A program made the translations under genes and the position numbers. Shown piece after piece: positions 9,092 to 18,129 of a stretch of 64,000 bases of DNA. A model generated the notes under the pieces. It made no database searches and was not told the origin of the DNA. It worked only from the letters and a program-made list of their open reading frames with translations. Positions within the stretch are counted from its first letter, which is position 1. Each line of letters opens with the position of its first letter. Origin of the DNA: Caulobacteraceae bacterium (lineage in GTDB: Bacteria > Pseudomonadota > Alphaproteobacteria > Caulobacterales > Caulobacteraceae); contig JAIEQA010000008.1 of assembly GCA_019748095.1 (NCBI GenBank), positions 10,625-74,624 on the forward strand, in the 5' to 3' direction.

Positions 9092-9763
9092 TCAGGCCCA
9101 GGCGAACAGGAGGCGGCCTTCGCCCATGCGCTCGCGCAGCATCGGCAGGTCGGTGTGGGCGGTCGAGAAACAGCCGTAGCTGCGGCCCAACTTGCCTTCG
9201 CGGGCGAGGAAGTCCGGGTCTGCATAGTCCGCACCGTGGACGATGATGGCGCGTTCGCGGGCGAGGTTGTTCGAATATTCCAGGCCGTCGAGCAGGATGT
9301 TGGGGCCCTGTTGCGGGCCCCAGCCGGCCCCGGCCGTGGCGAAGGCCCCGACCGAGGACATGTAGCTTTCGGGCGTGTTGGAGAAGCGGCGTGCAAAACC
9401 CGAGTGGGCGGGGTCGGAGCCGCGGCCATGGGTGGTGCGGAAGGCCGTGACCCGGCCGCCGATCAGGTCGACCTCGAACAGGCGTTCCTCACCGGAGAAT
9501 TTCTCGAAATCGACCAGATACATACGGTCGCGCAGGGCGATGCGGTTGTGATGCACATCCAGCGCAGCCATGGCGCGGCTCATCAGCTCCGGGCGCACGA
9601 GCCGCCTCGGATCGAGGGGCGGCGGCGTGACCTGCGGGATGGGCGCTAGCGGAGGCGGGGCCGGGATTTCCGCGATCACCATGGGCAAGGGCTTCGGCGC
9701 GGAGGCGCAACCGGCGATCATCGCCGAACCGCCAAGGATCAATCCCCGTCTCGATAGTCGCAT
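9092..9763 (-). CDS. L,D-transpeptidase catalytic domain family protein (YkuD_2-like), lipoprotein/Tat-like signal
   Basis: Start reset to ATG 9763 (MRLSRRGLILGGSAMIAGCASAP). C-terminal HGADYADPDFLAREGKLGRSYGCFS contains the conserved Cys context of this family. Confidence 0.7.
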   Translation of the reverse strand: MRLSRRGLILGGSAMIAGCASAPKPLPMVIAEIPAPPPLAPIPQVTPPPLDPRRLVRPELMSRAMAALDVHHNRIALRDRMYLVDFEKFSGEERLFEVDLIGGRVTAFRTTHGRGSDPAHSGFARRFSNTPESYMSSVGAFATAGAGWGPQQGPNILLDGLEYSNNLARERAIIVHGADYADPDFLAREGKLGRSYGCFSTAHTDLPMLRERMGEGRLLFAWA

Positions 9764-9890
9764 GCGACGCCCTTCCAACGGTAAAGCCGAAGTCACGGGT
9801 TGTTTCACAAATCCGAGGCCGGGTTCAAGCGCAGGCTTGGCCGCAGGCCGGGGAGGGCTATGGTGAAGGGAGTGTATCAGGGAGAGGTTT

Positions 9891-11207
9891 ATGAAGTTCG
9901 TTGCATTGGCGGCCGCTGCGGTGCTGGCCGCAGCCAGCCCTTCGCAGGCGCAGCAAAGCCCGGCCTCACAGGGTTTTCCCGCAGCCGGGGAAACCACGTT
10001 CGTTCAAGCGGGGCGGCTGTTGGCGGACCCGGCCAGCGGTATTGTGCTGCGCGATAAAACTCTCGTGATCGTCGGGAACCGGGTCACGGAAATCCGCGAC
10101 GGCTTTGTGGGTGAGGGGCGGATCGTCGATCTGCGCGACTCGTTCGTCCTGCCCGGACTGATCGACAGCCATGTGCATCTGACCTCGCAGCAGAGCCCGA
10201 CGGGCCGGCTGGACGCGGTGACACGGGATGCGGCCGACAGCGCCATGATCGGGGCCGGGTATGCGCGCAAGACGCTGATGGCGGGCTTCACGACGGTCGC
10301 GGATCTGGGTGGCTCCAACGATGCGGTGTTCGCGCTGAGGGACGGGATCCGGCGCGGCGATGTGGTTGGCCCACGCGTTCTGGCCTCGGGGTCGTCTGTG
10401 TCGATCCACGGGGGCCATGGGGACGCCAACGGCTACCGGGAGGACATCATGCACGTCCTGTCGTCCGAGAGCATCTGCTCGGGGCCGGAGGACTGTATGC
10501 GGGCGGTGCGCACCCAGGTGCGGTCCGGGGCCGACATCATCAAGATCACCGCCACCGGTGGCGTGCTGTCGAACACGGCGGCCGGGCTGGCCCAGCAGTT
10601 CACCGAGGCCGAGCTGGCCGCCATCGTCGAGGTCGGCCACCGCATGGGGCGTCAGGTGACGGCCCACGCGCATGGCGTGGACGGGATCAACGCCTTCCTG
10701 CGTGCCGGCGGGGATTCGATCGAACACGGCACCTATCTGGATGATGAGTCGTTGCGGCTGTTCCGGCGCGAGGGTGTCTATCTGGTGCCGACCCTGCTGG
10801 CGGGCGATTTCGTGGCCCGGGTGGCGGCGAGCCCCGAGAATTTCTTCACCCCGGCCCAGTCGGCCAAGGCGCTGGAAGCCGGGCCGAAAATGCTGGGGAT
10901 GGCCGCCCGGGCCCATGCCGGGGGCGTGCGGATCGCCTTCGGGACGGACTCCGGCGTCTCGGCCCACGGCGACAATGCCCAGGAGTTCGCCCTACTGGTG
11001 CAGGCCGGGATGACACCCCTGGAAGCGATCCAGGCCGCGACCGTGGTTGCGGCCGCGCATTTGCGGATCGCGGACGAGGCTGGACGGATCGTGCCGGGCA
11101 TGCCGGCCGACATCGTGGCGGTCGAGGGTGATCCGCTGGCGGATGTGACGGTGCTGGAAGACATGGCCTTCGTGATGAAGGGCGGGGTGGTCTACCGGGC
11201 GGACTGA
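9891..11207 (+). CDS. Secreted amidohydrolase family protein (metal-dependent hydrolase)
   Basis: Signal peptide MKFVALAAAAVLAAASPSQAQQ with GGAGAGG upstream of the ATG. DSHVHL metal-binding motif, HAHG, EHGTYLD and FGTDSGV are typical of the amidohydrolase superfamily. Confidence 0.85.
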   Translation: MKFVALAAAAVLAAASPSQAQQSPASQGFPAAGETTFVQAGRLLADPASGIVLRDKTLVIVGNRVTEIRDGFVGEGRIVDLRDSFVLPGLIDSHVHLTSQQSPTGRLDAVTRDAADSAMIGAGYARKTLMAGFTTVADLGGSNDAVFALRDGIRRGDVVGPRVLASGSSVSIHGGHGDANGYREDIMHVLSSESICSGPEDCMRAVRTQVRSGADIIKITATGGVLSNTAAGLAQQFTEAELAAIVEVGHRMGRQVTAHAHGVDGINAFLRAGGDSIEHGTYLDDESLRLFRREGVYLVPTLLAGDFVARVAASPENFFTPAQSAKALEAGPKMLGMAARAHAGGVRIAFGTDSGVSAHGDNAQEFALLVQAGMTPLEAIQAATVVAAAHLRIADEAGRIVPGMPADIVAVEGDPLADVTVLEDMAFVMKGGVVYRAD

Positions 11208-12199
11208 GCCAGCAGGGCCGCAAAGCCCGTCTCGTCCTCGAACCGGGCGACGACGGGCCATGCGGCGATGCGGGTCCGCCAGTCGGAAGGCAGGCGGACC
11301 CAGTCCTTTTCGGTCGTGACCAGACCGGCGTCGAACACGGCGGCTCGATCGGCGAGGAAGGCCAGGTCGCGGGGGTTGTAGCCCGCGTGGTCGGGAAAGG
11401 GCGCGAAGTCGACGAGGTCGCAGCCGGCGGCCTTGAGCGCACGCTCGACCTTCCACGGCTTGGCGATGCCGGCAAAGCCGACCTGTGGCCCGGACGGGGG
11501 TGGACCGGCGGGCTCCAGCCGGGCGATGAAGGTCGGCAAGGTCCCGAACAGGGCCAGCAACTCCGGATCAGCCTCGGGGGCGTCCGCGGGCAGCAGGACC
11601 ACCACCGCGTGAGCGCGGGACAGACCGGCCGCGAAGGGCTCGCGCATCGGGCCGGACGGAAAGACCGAACCATCGCCGAACGGCCATTCGTCCTCGCGGG
11701 TCTCGCCGTCGACGACGATCAGGCTGAGGGTCTTCGTCAGGGCCGGGTTCTGGTGGGCGTCGTCGAGCACGAGGGCCTGGGCCCCGCCCGCCACGGCGGC
11801 CCGGGCTCCGGCGACGCGGTCGCGGGCGATCCAGGCGGGGGCGTCCCCGGCCAGCATCAGGGGCTCGTCGCCGACATCGGCGGCATCATGGGTGGCGGGA
11901 TCGACCCGCAGTGGACCTTCCAGCCGGCCGCCATAGCCGCGTGACAGGGCGTGGGCCTCGACGCCCTGTTGCCGGAGCAGGCGCAGGACCTCGCGCGCGA
12001 CGGGGGTCTTGCCGGAGCCCCCGACGGTCAGGTTGCCGATGGAGATGACGGGCACGCCGACGTCGACGGGGACGGCCCGGGCGAGACGGCGGGCCGTGGC
12101 GGCGGCCCAGAGCCATGAGGCGGGCCGTAGCAGGGTGCGGGCGACGCGGCCGTGACGACCGTGGCGCTCATACCACCAGCGGGGGGTCGACAGTTTCAT
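11192..12199 (-). CDS. lpxK: Tetraacyldisaccharide 4'-kinase
   Basis: Start reset to ATG 12199 (MKLSTPRWWYE), an ATGA overlap with the waaA stop. P-loop GNLTVGGSGKTP. Size fits LpxK. Confidence 0.9.
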   Translation of the reverse strand: MKLSTPRWWYERHGRHGRVARTLLRPASWLWAAATARRLARAVPVDVGVPVISIGNLTVGGSGKTPVAREVLRLLRQQGVEAHALSRGYGGRLEGPLRVDPATHDAADVGDEPLMLAGDAPAWIARDRVAGARAAVAGGAQALVLDDAHQNPALTKTLSLIVVDGETREDEWPFGDGSVFPSGPMREPFAAGLSRAHAVVVLLPADAPEADPELLALFGTLPTFIARLEPAGPPPSGPQVGFAGIAKPWKVERALKAAGCDLVDFAPFPDHAGYNPRDLAFLADRAAVFDAGLVTTEKDWVRLPSDWRTRIAAWPVVARFEDETGFAALLAQSAR

Positions 12200-13491
12200 C
12201 GGCGGCTCCCGCGGGGTGTGGGCGGGAGCAGGGGTTGCAGGGCCGTCCACAGACGTTCCAGCCCGGCCCCGGCATCGGCAGCGGCGGTGCGGGCGCGCTC
12301 GCCCATCCGTCGGGCGGTGGCGGGGTCAGCCAGCAGGCCGGTGATCACGGCGGGCAGTTCAGCGGGGCTGCGCACCTGCACCAGACCTCCGGCGGCGACC
12401 AGGGCGGAGGTGACCGCCTGCCAGTTGGAGGCGTCGGGGCCTGTGATGGCGGGACGGGCGAGACGGGCGGGCTCCAGCGGATTGTGCCCGCCCCATGGCG
12501 GGCCCCCCAGACAGGAGCCAAAAGAGCCACCCATGACGACGACGTCGGCCAGACGCAGGAACAGGCCCAGTTCGCCGAGGGTGTCGGCGATATGGATGTC
12601 GGTGCTGATGCCCGGCACGGTTCCCTGCGAGCGAAGGGTGACGCTGTGACCGTCGCGCGCCAGATCGGCTGCGATCGCCGGACCACGCTCGGGGTGGCGG
12701 GGCACGAGGATCAGGCACAGGCGGTCGGCCATCTGAGCAAGCGCTTGGACGATGGCCCGCTCCTCGCCCTCGTGGGTGGAGGCCGCGACGATCACGGGCC
12801 GATCACCGACGGCGGCGCTGAGGGATGTGAAGGCGGCGGAATCGTGGGGCAGGGCCGCACCGGAGAGCTTGAGATTGACCTCGCCATCGATCCGGGCCCC
12901 GAGGGTCCGGAGCCGGTCGGCTGACGTCTCGTCCTGGGGCATGACAATGTTGAAGGCCCCCAGCACGGTCCGGGCGGAGGCAGGGAAGCGGGCCCAGCCG
13001 GCAGCGGTCTTTTCCGTGATGCGCGCGCTGACGAGGGCGAGGGGGATGGCGCGGTCGCGGGCCGCCAGGATCAGGTTGGGCCAGAGCTCGCTCTCGACGA
13101 AGACGCCCAGCGACGGACGCCAGTGGTCGAGGAAGGCGGCGACGGCAGCGGGGGCGTCGACCGGGGCGAACTGGTGGATGATGCCGGGCGGCAGGCGCCG
13201 GGCCAGCAACTCGGCCGAGGTGAGGGTGCCGGAGGTGACGAGGACGGTCAGATCGGGGCGGCTGATGCGGAACCGCTCGACCAAGGGCAGGAGCGACAGG
13301 GTCTCGCCGACGCTGACGCCATGGAGCCAGACGAGGTCGCCGGGCGGACGCGCGAGGCCAGCAACGCCGAGGCGTTCATCGACCCGGACGGGATCCTCCT
13401 TGCCCTGTTTGACGCGAGCGTCGAGCAGGCGGGGGGCCAGCGGCTCCAGCAGGCGGGTCAGCAGCCGGTAGACGGACAGGGGCAGGGTCAC
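12196..13491 (-). CDS. waaA: 3-deoxy-D-manno-octulosonic acid (Kdo) transferase
   Basis: Start reset to GTG 13491 (GTGA overlap with the upstream gene's stop). WLHGVSVGE motif and a C-terminal glycosyltransferase fold (GGSF..GGHNPLEPA). Confidence 0.9.
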   Translation of the reverse strand: MTLPLSVYRLLTRLLEPLAPRLLDARVKQGKEDPVRVDERLGVAGLARPPGDLVWLHGVSVGETLSLLPLVERFRISRPDLTVLVTSGTLTSAELLARRLPPGIIHQFAPVDAPAAVAAFLDHWRPSLGVFVESELWPNLILAARDRAIPLALVSARITEKTAAGWARFPASARTVLGAFNIVMPQDETSADRLRTLGARIDGEVNLKLSGAALPHDSAAFTSLSAAVGDRPVIVAASTHEGEERAIVQALAQMADRLCLILVPRHPERGPAIAADLARDGHSVTLRSQGTVPGISTDIHIADTLGELGLFLRLADVVVMGGSFGSCLGGPPWGGHNPLEPARLARPAITGPDASNWQAVTSALVAAGGLVQVRSPAELPAVITGLLADPATARRMGERARTAAADAGAGLERLWTALQPLLPPTPRGSRR

Positions 13492-14174
13492 AGCCGGGCC
13501 AGTCCGGTGATCGCATCGGCGCGGGCCTCGACTGCCGTCAGTCGGTCGGACCATGGCCCGGTCACGTCGCCGAGCGCCGCGCCCTCTGGATAGTGGGCGA
13601 TGTCGTAGACAATGGCTCCCTTGCTGAACGGCAGGGGCAGGACGGCCCGGTCCCAGCTGTTCAGGCGGATGGCCGGACTGCAGCTTGCACCGATGAACAG
13701 GACAGGCGCGCCGGACATCCGGGCCATCAGCGGCAGACCCTCGGCCATGACGCGGGCCGGTCCGCGCGGGCCGTCGGGCGTGATGGCCAGGGCCCCGACC
13801 TTGAGCTGTTTCAGACCGTCCCGCAGCGCGCGCGATCCGCCCTTGGCGGCCTCCGCCTTGTCCTTGTTGGCCGACGAGCCGCGCACGGCGGGGAAGCCCT
13901 GCAAGGCGACGGCTCTTGCGATGAACTCCCCGTCCTGACTCAATGAGATCATGGCCTTGATCGGCTGTGCGCGCGTGAAGTCCCAGGATGCGGGGGCGAG
14001 GCCGATGCGCGAATGCCAGAAGGCGCAGACGACGCCCCCGCCGTCGGACCAGACCTTGTCGGCGTGTTCCTGACCTTCCCGGGTCCAGCGGATGGTGGCA
14101 AAGCAGAACTTCATCCAGGCGGCCAGCACGACCGACAGAACGCTCTGTATGACGGGGTTGCGGAGCGGCCTCAC
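13488..14174 (-). CDS. DUF374 domain protein (lysophospholipid acyltransferase-like), LPS operon member
   Basis: Start reset to GTG 14174, 1 nt after the msbA-like stop. FWHSRI, SLSQDGEFIARA, RGSS..KGG..AL and ITPDGPRGP match the DUF374 family typically found between msbA and waaA in alphaproteobacteria. Confidence 0.8.
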   Translation of the reverse strand: MRPLRNPVIQSVLSVVLAAWMKFCFATIRWTREGQEHADKVWSDGGGVVCAFWHSRIGLAPASWDFTRAQPIKAMISLSQDGEFIARAVALQGFPAVRGSSANKDKAEAAKGGSRALRDGLKQLKVGALAITPDGPRGPARVMAEGLPLMARMSGAPVLFIGASCSPAIRLNSWDRAVLPLPFSKGAIVYDIAHYPEGAALGDVTGPWSDRLTAVEARADAITGLARL

Positions 14175-14175
14175 G

Positions 14176-16035
14176 TCAGGCGACCGGAACGACAGCTGGC
14201 ATGCCGTCCAGGGACTGGGACCGGGCGAGGCGGCTGTACAGCCCACCCTGTTTGACCAGCGCTGCATGGGTGCCGCTCTCGACGATCCGGCCGCCCTCAA
14301 GCACCAGAATGCGGTCGGCGTGGCGGACGGTGGACAGTCTGTGGGCAATCATCAAGGTTGATCGTCCGGCCATGAGGCGTTCCAGCGCGGCCTGGACCAG
14401 CGCCTCGCTCTCGGTGTCCAGGGCCGACGTCGCCTCGTCCAGCAGCAGGATGGGCGCGTCCTTAAGGAAGGCGCGCGCAATGGCGATCCGCTGACGCTGG
14501 CCGCCGGACAGTCGCATGCCGGCCTCGCCCGCCCGGGTGGCATAGCCTTCGGGCAGGGCGGTGATGAAGTCGTGGGCGGCGGCGGAGCGGGCCGCAGCCT
14601 CGATCTGGTCCGTGGTGGCGCCCGGCCGGGCATAGGCGATGTTGGCCGCGATCGTGTCGTCGAACAGGAAGGGCTCCTGGGTAACGAGGGCGATGCGGGC
14701 CCGCAGGTCGCTCAGGGACAGGTCGCGCAGGTCGGTGCCGTTGATGGTCACGGCGCCGCCGGTCACATCGTAAAAGCGCGGCAGCAGGCTGAGCAGGGTG
14801 GACTTGCCGCCTCCGGACGGGCCGACGAGGGCCACGGTCTCGCCGGGAGCGACGCTGAGCGAGACATCGGACAGGGTCGGGGTGTCCGGGCCGTAGTGGA
14901 AGGACACGCGGTCGAAGGCGACGGTCGCGGGGCCCGGGGGCAGGGGTCGGGGCGCGGCGGTCTCGCGGATCTCGGGGTCGATGTCGAGGGCGTCGAACAG
15001 GCGGCGGGCGGCGGTCAGACCCTCGGCCATGACGGTCTGGAGATTGGTGACCTGGCGCAGGGACTGCCCCGCCGACATCAGCAGGCCGACATAGGCGACG
15101 AACGTACCGATGGTGATCTGGTCGTTGCGGGCCTGCCAGCCGGCATAGGCCATGACGGCGGCTACGATGACCATGGCCACGAGGTTGGAGAAGGGGCCGG
15201 CGAAGGCGCGGGAGTCCGCGGACTTGATCACATGGCGTTGGCGGCGGCCGACGACCTCGGCCACGCGGGCTTCTTCGGCCGCCTCGCGGTTCTCGATCTT
15301 GATCAGACGGACCCCGTCGAGGTTCTCCATCAGGGCGGTCGACAGATTGCCGGTCTCGACCATGGCCCCGGTCGTGGCCTTCTTCATCCGTTTGCCGAAG
15401 CGGCGGAGCACCACAGCGATCACAGGCGCGCCCAACAGGACGATCAGGGTCAGCCGCCAGTCCAGCCATGCCATGTATGACAGCACAGCGACCAGGGTCA
15501 GTGCGTGCTGGGTGTAGTTCACCACGCCGTTGGTGAAGGCCTCGCGCACCAGATTGGCGTCGAACAGGACGCTGGAGACAAAGGCACCCGAATGCTGGCT
15601 GCGCAGGCGAGCAAGGTCGGCGCGGATCATGGCTCCAAACAGCCGCACCTGGATATCGCCGACGATCCCGTGCCCCAGCCGGTTGACGAGGGCCGCCTGA
15701 CCCAGGGCCGCCGCTGTCCAGATCAGGGCGACGCCGACGATGATGGCGGGGATGGCAAGGAGCGCATCCTCGGGCGCCACGACGAACAGGCCGGCGACCG
15801 TGACCGGCTGGCCGAGGAACATGCCGTCGATGGCGGGCTGCAGCAGCTGCAGCACGGTGGCGGCGCTGAGGCCGGCGATGGCGGCGCAGATCAGGGAAAG
15901 GATCAGCGGGGTCCGGCGCGTCGACAGGTAGTCGCGCCAGATGCGGCCGATCAGGGAAGGCGGGGGGCTTTCCGCCTGCGGAACGGTCGGGACGGGCGGA
16001 TGCATCTGCCGGAGGTCGGATGCTCCGCTCCTCAA
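14176..16035 (-). CDS. msbA: ABC transporter permease/ATP-binding fusion protein, MsbA-like lipid A exporter
   Basis: Six-TM exporter domain plus NBD (Walker A GPSGGGKST, signature LSGGQRQR, Walker [13 protein letters not shown]). Heads the DUF374-waaA-lpxK operon. Start may be an internal Met. Confidence 0.8.
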   Translation of the reverse strand: MRSGASDLRQMHPPVPTVPQAESPPPSLIGRIWRDYLSTRRTPLILSLICAAIAGLSAATVLQLLQPAIDGMFLGQPVTVAGLFVVAPEDALLAIPAIIVGVALIWTAAALGQAALVNRLGHGIVGDIQVRLFGAMIRADLARLRSQHSGAFVSSVLFDANLVREAFTNGVVNYTQHALTLVAVLSYMAWLDWRLTLIVLLGAPVIAVVLRRFGKRMKKATTGAMVETGNLSTALMENLDGVRLIKIENREAAEEARVAEVVGRRQRHVIKSADSRAFAGPFSNLVAMVIVAAVMAYAGWQARNDQITIGTFVAYVGLLMSAGQSLRQVTNLQTVMAEGLTAARRLFDALDIDPEIRETAAPRPLPPGPATVAFDRVSFHYGPDTPTLSDVSLSVAPGETVALVGPSGGGKSTLLSLLPRFYDVTGGAVTINGTDLRDLSLSDLRARIALVTQEPFLFDDTIAANIAYARPGATTDQIEAAARSAAAHDFITALPEGYATRAGEAGMRLSGGQRQRIAIARAFLKDAPILLLDEATSALDTESEALVQAALERLMAGRSTLMIAHRLSTVRHADRILVLEGGRIVESGTHAALVKQGGLYSRLARSQSLDGMPAVVPVA

Positions 16036-16044
16036 GTCAAGGGA

Positions 16045-16617
16045 TCACGCGGAGGGAGGGGGAATGGCGGCGTCGGTGATGACCACCCGTCCGAACGCGT
16101 CGATGAGCGGATCTGCGGACGGGAAACGGGGATAGGACCGGCCGTCGAACGACATCTTCACCTCATAGGCTGGCGGGCCGCCGCCTCCCGAGACGGTCAC
16201 GCCGATGTCGGGCAGGCCGTTCGTCGCGGTGTTGAGGACCCGCACGGGGGTGCTGACCCGCGAGACATTGCCGACCTGTTCCCAGCCGGTCTCCGTCGGG
16301 CGCAGGATCAGCAGGTTGCAGCCGCCGGAGCCACACCAGGTCATGCCCACCAGATAGACGAGCGCGATCCGGCCCTCGCCCTCGCCGTCGACGACGCTGA
16401 TCCAGCGGGTGCCGGCTGCGTCTTCGCCGAGGATCTCCGTGATCTTCGCCACCAGCGCAGGGTCCATCTGTGATGCCGCCGGTGGGGCAACTGTCGCGGG
16501 ACCGTCGGCCGCTTCGCTTTCGGCAGCCGCGGACACAGGTTGGCCCGTCGGGGAACAGCCGGCCATGGCGAGAGGCGCGAAGGCCAGGGCGAGAAGAAAC
16601 AGGCGCATCAGGGACAC
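16045..16617 (-). CDS. Hypothetical lipoprotein
   Basis: Lipobox signal MSLMRLFLLALAFAPLAMAGC. Mature part has a WCGSGGC motif. No family recognised. Confidence 0.6.
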   Translation of the reverse strand: MSLMRLFLLALAFAPLAMAGCSPTGQPVSAAAESEAADGPATVAPPAASQMDPALVAKITEILGEDAAGTRWISVVDGEGEGRIALVYLVGMTWCGSGGCNLLILRPTETGWEQVGNVSRVSTPVRVLNTATNGLPDIGVTVSGGGGPPAYEVKMSFDGRSYPRFPSADPLIDAFGRVVITDAAIPPPSA

Positions 16618-16679
16618 TCTGCCGAGGGATCGGGTCGTGGATGATCCTGCACGGGATGACGCCGGCTGGCGACCCCACT

Positions 16680-17357
16680 ATGTCTGCGCGGATGGCGCGA
16701 TTTGATGTGAGCACGGAGGCCGGGCGGCGCGCGGCCGAGCGGGACTTCTTCTGGAATGACCATGCCTTCCTGCGGCTGGCGTTTTCCAACGCCCACTGGC
16801 TGGGGCCGGATCTGGTGCGCACCAACCAGCCGTCACCGCGCCAGCTGGAGGGGTGGGCCAAACGCGGCATCCGCACCGTCATCAACCTGCGGGGCCAGAG
16901 GGATGAGGGCTATTACTGGCTGGAGAAGGCGGCGTGCGAACGGCTGGGCCTGACCCTGATCGATGCGCCGCTGGATTCACGGGACCCGCCGGGCAAGGAC
17001 CGGGTGCGGCGGGCGCGGGACCTGTTCGCCAGCATCGAATACCCCGCCCTGATCCACTGCAAGTCGGGCGCGGACCGGGCGGGGCTGATGGCCGTCTTCT
17101 ATCGCCATTTCCACCTCGGCGAGCCGATCTCCGAGGCCATGGGCGAGCTGTCGAAGAAATACCTGCACAGCCGTGAGGGCCTGACCGGGGTGCTGGACCA
17201 TTTCCTCGAGACCTATGTCCGGGATGTCGAGCCGACGGGCATGGGCTTCATGGAGTGGGTCGACAGCGACGCCTATGACCCCCAGGCCATGCGGCGGGAC
17301 TTCCGCGCCAACTGGTGGGGCACGCTGCTGACCGAGCGGCTGCTGCGGCGGGAGTAG
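16680..17357 (+). CDS. Protein tyrosine/dual-specificity phosphatase family protein
   Basis: Start reset to ATG 16680 (MSARMARFD). CX5R active-site loop HCKSGADRAG. Confidence 0.8.
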   Translation: MSARMARFDVSTEAGRRAAERDFFWNDHAFLRLAFSNAHWLGPDLVRTNQPSPRQLEGWAKRGIRTVINLRGQRDEGYYWLEKAACERLGLTLIDAPLDSRDPPGKDRVRRARDLFASIEYPALIHCKSGADRAGLMAVFYRHFHLGEPISEAMGELSKKYLHSREGLTGVLDHFLETYVRDVEPTGMGFMEWVDSDAYDPQAMRRDFRANWWGTLLTERLLRRE

Positions 17358-17360
17358 GGT

Positions 17361-17588
17361 TCAGCCCCAGGGGCCGCGCGGGCCCTGATCGGTCTTGTCC
17401 GTCGAAGAGGACTTTGAGACGCCCTGTTCGGCGTCCCGCGCCGCCTTGCGGTCCGCTTCCCACTGTCGGAACCAGCGTGCGTAGCCACGCTCGCGGCCGA
17501 GAACGATCAGCCACAGGGCGAGGGTGGCAAGCAGGCCCACGAGGGCCGCGATCTGGGCGGGATCGAGGGTGGTGCCAAACAGGGTCAT
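17361..17588 (-). CDS. Hypothetical small membrane protein (75 aa)
   Basis: One hydrophobic helix (IAALVGLLATLALWLIVLG) followed by a charged tail. Its start overlaps the stop of the upstream small ORF (ATGA). Last gene of a same-strand string. Confidence 0.45.
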   Translation of the reverse strand: MTLFGTTLDPAQIAALVGLLATLALWLIVLGRERGYARWFRQWEADRKAARDAEQGVSKSSSTDKTDQGPRGPWG

Positions 17589-17794
17589 GGGCGGGGCTCC
17601 GGAGGTTCTGGCAGGGGTTGGTCGGGCGGGGCCTGATCCGGCCCGGGATCTGTCCAGGCGATGTTCTGATGGTCACTTGCGGCAGGGGGGCGGCCGCCCG
17701 GACGGTGAGTGGCAAGGGCGACGATGGCCACGCCCAGCGCCAGCAAGCCGAGCACGATCAGGGTTGGGGCCATGGGTCGCTCCTTTGTCCGCAC
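17585..17794 (-). CDS. Hypothetical small membrane protein (69 aa)
   Basis: One hydrophobic helix (LIVLGLLALGVAIVALA) and a Pro-rich tail. Translationally coupled to the 75-aa ORF. Confidence 0.4.
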   Translation of the reverse strand: MRTKERPMAPTLIVLGLLALGVAIVALATHRPGGRPPAASDHQNIAWTDPGPDQAPPDQPLPEPPEPRP

Positions 17795-17856
17795 ACTGGG
17801 TCAAGTCAGCGCCTGCGTCGCCGCGACGGTTCCCCGCCGCGACCATAGGCAGCGGC

Positions 17857-18102
17857 TCAGCCGTCAGCGCGCGGGTCGATCATCCGATGCGCATGCAGGA
17901 TGAAGTAACGCATATGCGCATTGTCAACCGTCGCCTGGGCGCGGGCCTTCCAGGCTACCTTGGCCTCGGCATAGTTGCCGAAGGCCCCGACGAACTCGAC
18001 CTTGGACAGGTCGCGGAAGACGGGGGCGTCGAGGTGGCGCAGCTCGCCGCCGATGACGAGGTGCAGCAGCTGCGGGTCGGCGGTGTTGGGGGCGTCGGTC
18101 AT
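17857..18102 (-). CDS. DUF4170 domain-containing protein
   Basis: LHLVIGGELRHLDAPVFRDLSKVEFVGAFGNYAEAKVAWKARAQATVDNAHMRYFILHAH matches my recollection of the alphaproteobacterial DUF4170 family. Confidence 0.8.
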   Translation of the reverse strand: MTDAPNTADPQLLHLVIGGELRHLDAPVFRDLSKVEFVGAFGNYAEAKVAWKARAQATVDNAHMRYFILHAHRMIDPRADG

Positions 18103-18129
18103 GGGCGGGCCTTCCGGGGCAACAGGGAT

